Source: Chrysomallon squamiferum (Eukaryota > Animalia > Mollusca). From it: DNA of 64,000 nt. The notes under the pieces were generated by a model that saw only the letters and a list, made by a program, of their open reading frames with translations, was not told where the DNA came from and did no database searches. Positions within the stretch are counted from its first letter, which is position 1. Every line of letters begins with the position of its first letter. Below are positions 63,438-64,000 of this stretch, in pieces. A program made the translations under genes and the position numbers. The stretch spans positions 6,200,001 to 6,264,000 of the forward strand of contig CM022667.1 in the NCBI GenBank assembly GCA_012295275.1. The letters run 5' to 3'.

Positions 63438-63505
<68 letters not shown>

Positions 63506-63637
63506 ATTTCTAAGAAGCCTCTTCAACAAATAAATATTCATTGAATTAATTAATTTGTTAAATATTATTCAAAACGAATCACAGAAACAAGCAACAGTAA
63601 ATTTATTAAGAATATTCCAGCAGTGATATCTCTTTTT

Positions 63638-63677
63638 TCAGTACTGAGAAAATAAATCACTAGTGATGATCTCCAAG
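63638..63677 (-). CDS. Terminal exon of a further V-Ig gene whose upstream exons lie beyond the window end
   Basis: cattgcag|C TTG GAG ATC ATC ACT AGT GAT TTA TTT TCT CAG TAC TGA; the window ends in the intronic (GA)n that precedes it in all copies. Confidence 0.7.
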
Positions 63678-63873
63678 CTGCAATGAATAATATACAAGAA
63701 ATATAATTAGCTGATGAAATCAAATTACCAATGTTTAGTCAGATACATATAAAACTTTTGTTACTTTTGTCTTAAGCAGAAGTTGTGAAAACTTTGCAGA
63801 TAATAATACATATTTACTTGAGTGGCTGATTAAAACAAGTTTGCTTTTGAAACAACAGGAAGTTAAATATATA

Positions 63874-64000
<127 letters not shown>

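Overview
AT-rich, microsatellite-rich, intron-containing animal DNA (invertebrate; mollusc-like by inference only), with a 200-N scaffold gap at 13382-13581. Reading splice sites by hand shows a tandem cluster of immunoglobulin-superfamily (IgSF) genes, mostly on the minus strand. (i) Two apparently intact 4-coding-exon genes, gene A (38830-52728, 178 aa) and gene B (26051-33252, 172 aa), each encode signal peptide + one V-like Ig domain + a hydrophobic GPI-signal-like or short-TM C-terminus. Their differences concentrate in CDR-like loops. (ii) Gene C (6061-9223) has a very different V-like domain joined to the same C-terminal two-exon cassette; further cassette copies lie at 17039-17433 (inverted) and 63638-63677. 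(iii) A second gene type with tandem C2/I-set Ig exons occurs three times (17-2207, 35261-36867, 57219-60063), each damaged differently. (iv) Cytoplasmic tyrosine-motif exons with no transmembrane exon found in the window: ITIM+ITSM at 21188-21348, SLYDDL/YSSL at 22931-23654, and five Y-x-I/V-V-D/E-K exons. Introns and spacers hold DNA-transposon remnants (Tc1 DD34E, DD41D, Ginger2, Sola-, Academ-, Harbinger-, hAT- and Tigger-like, a MITE). Overall this looks like a birth-and-death, diversifying Ig-receptor complex (immune or allorecognition candidate). All gene models are manual and have no transcript support here.
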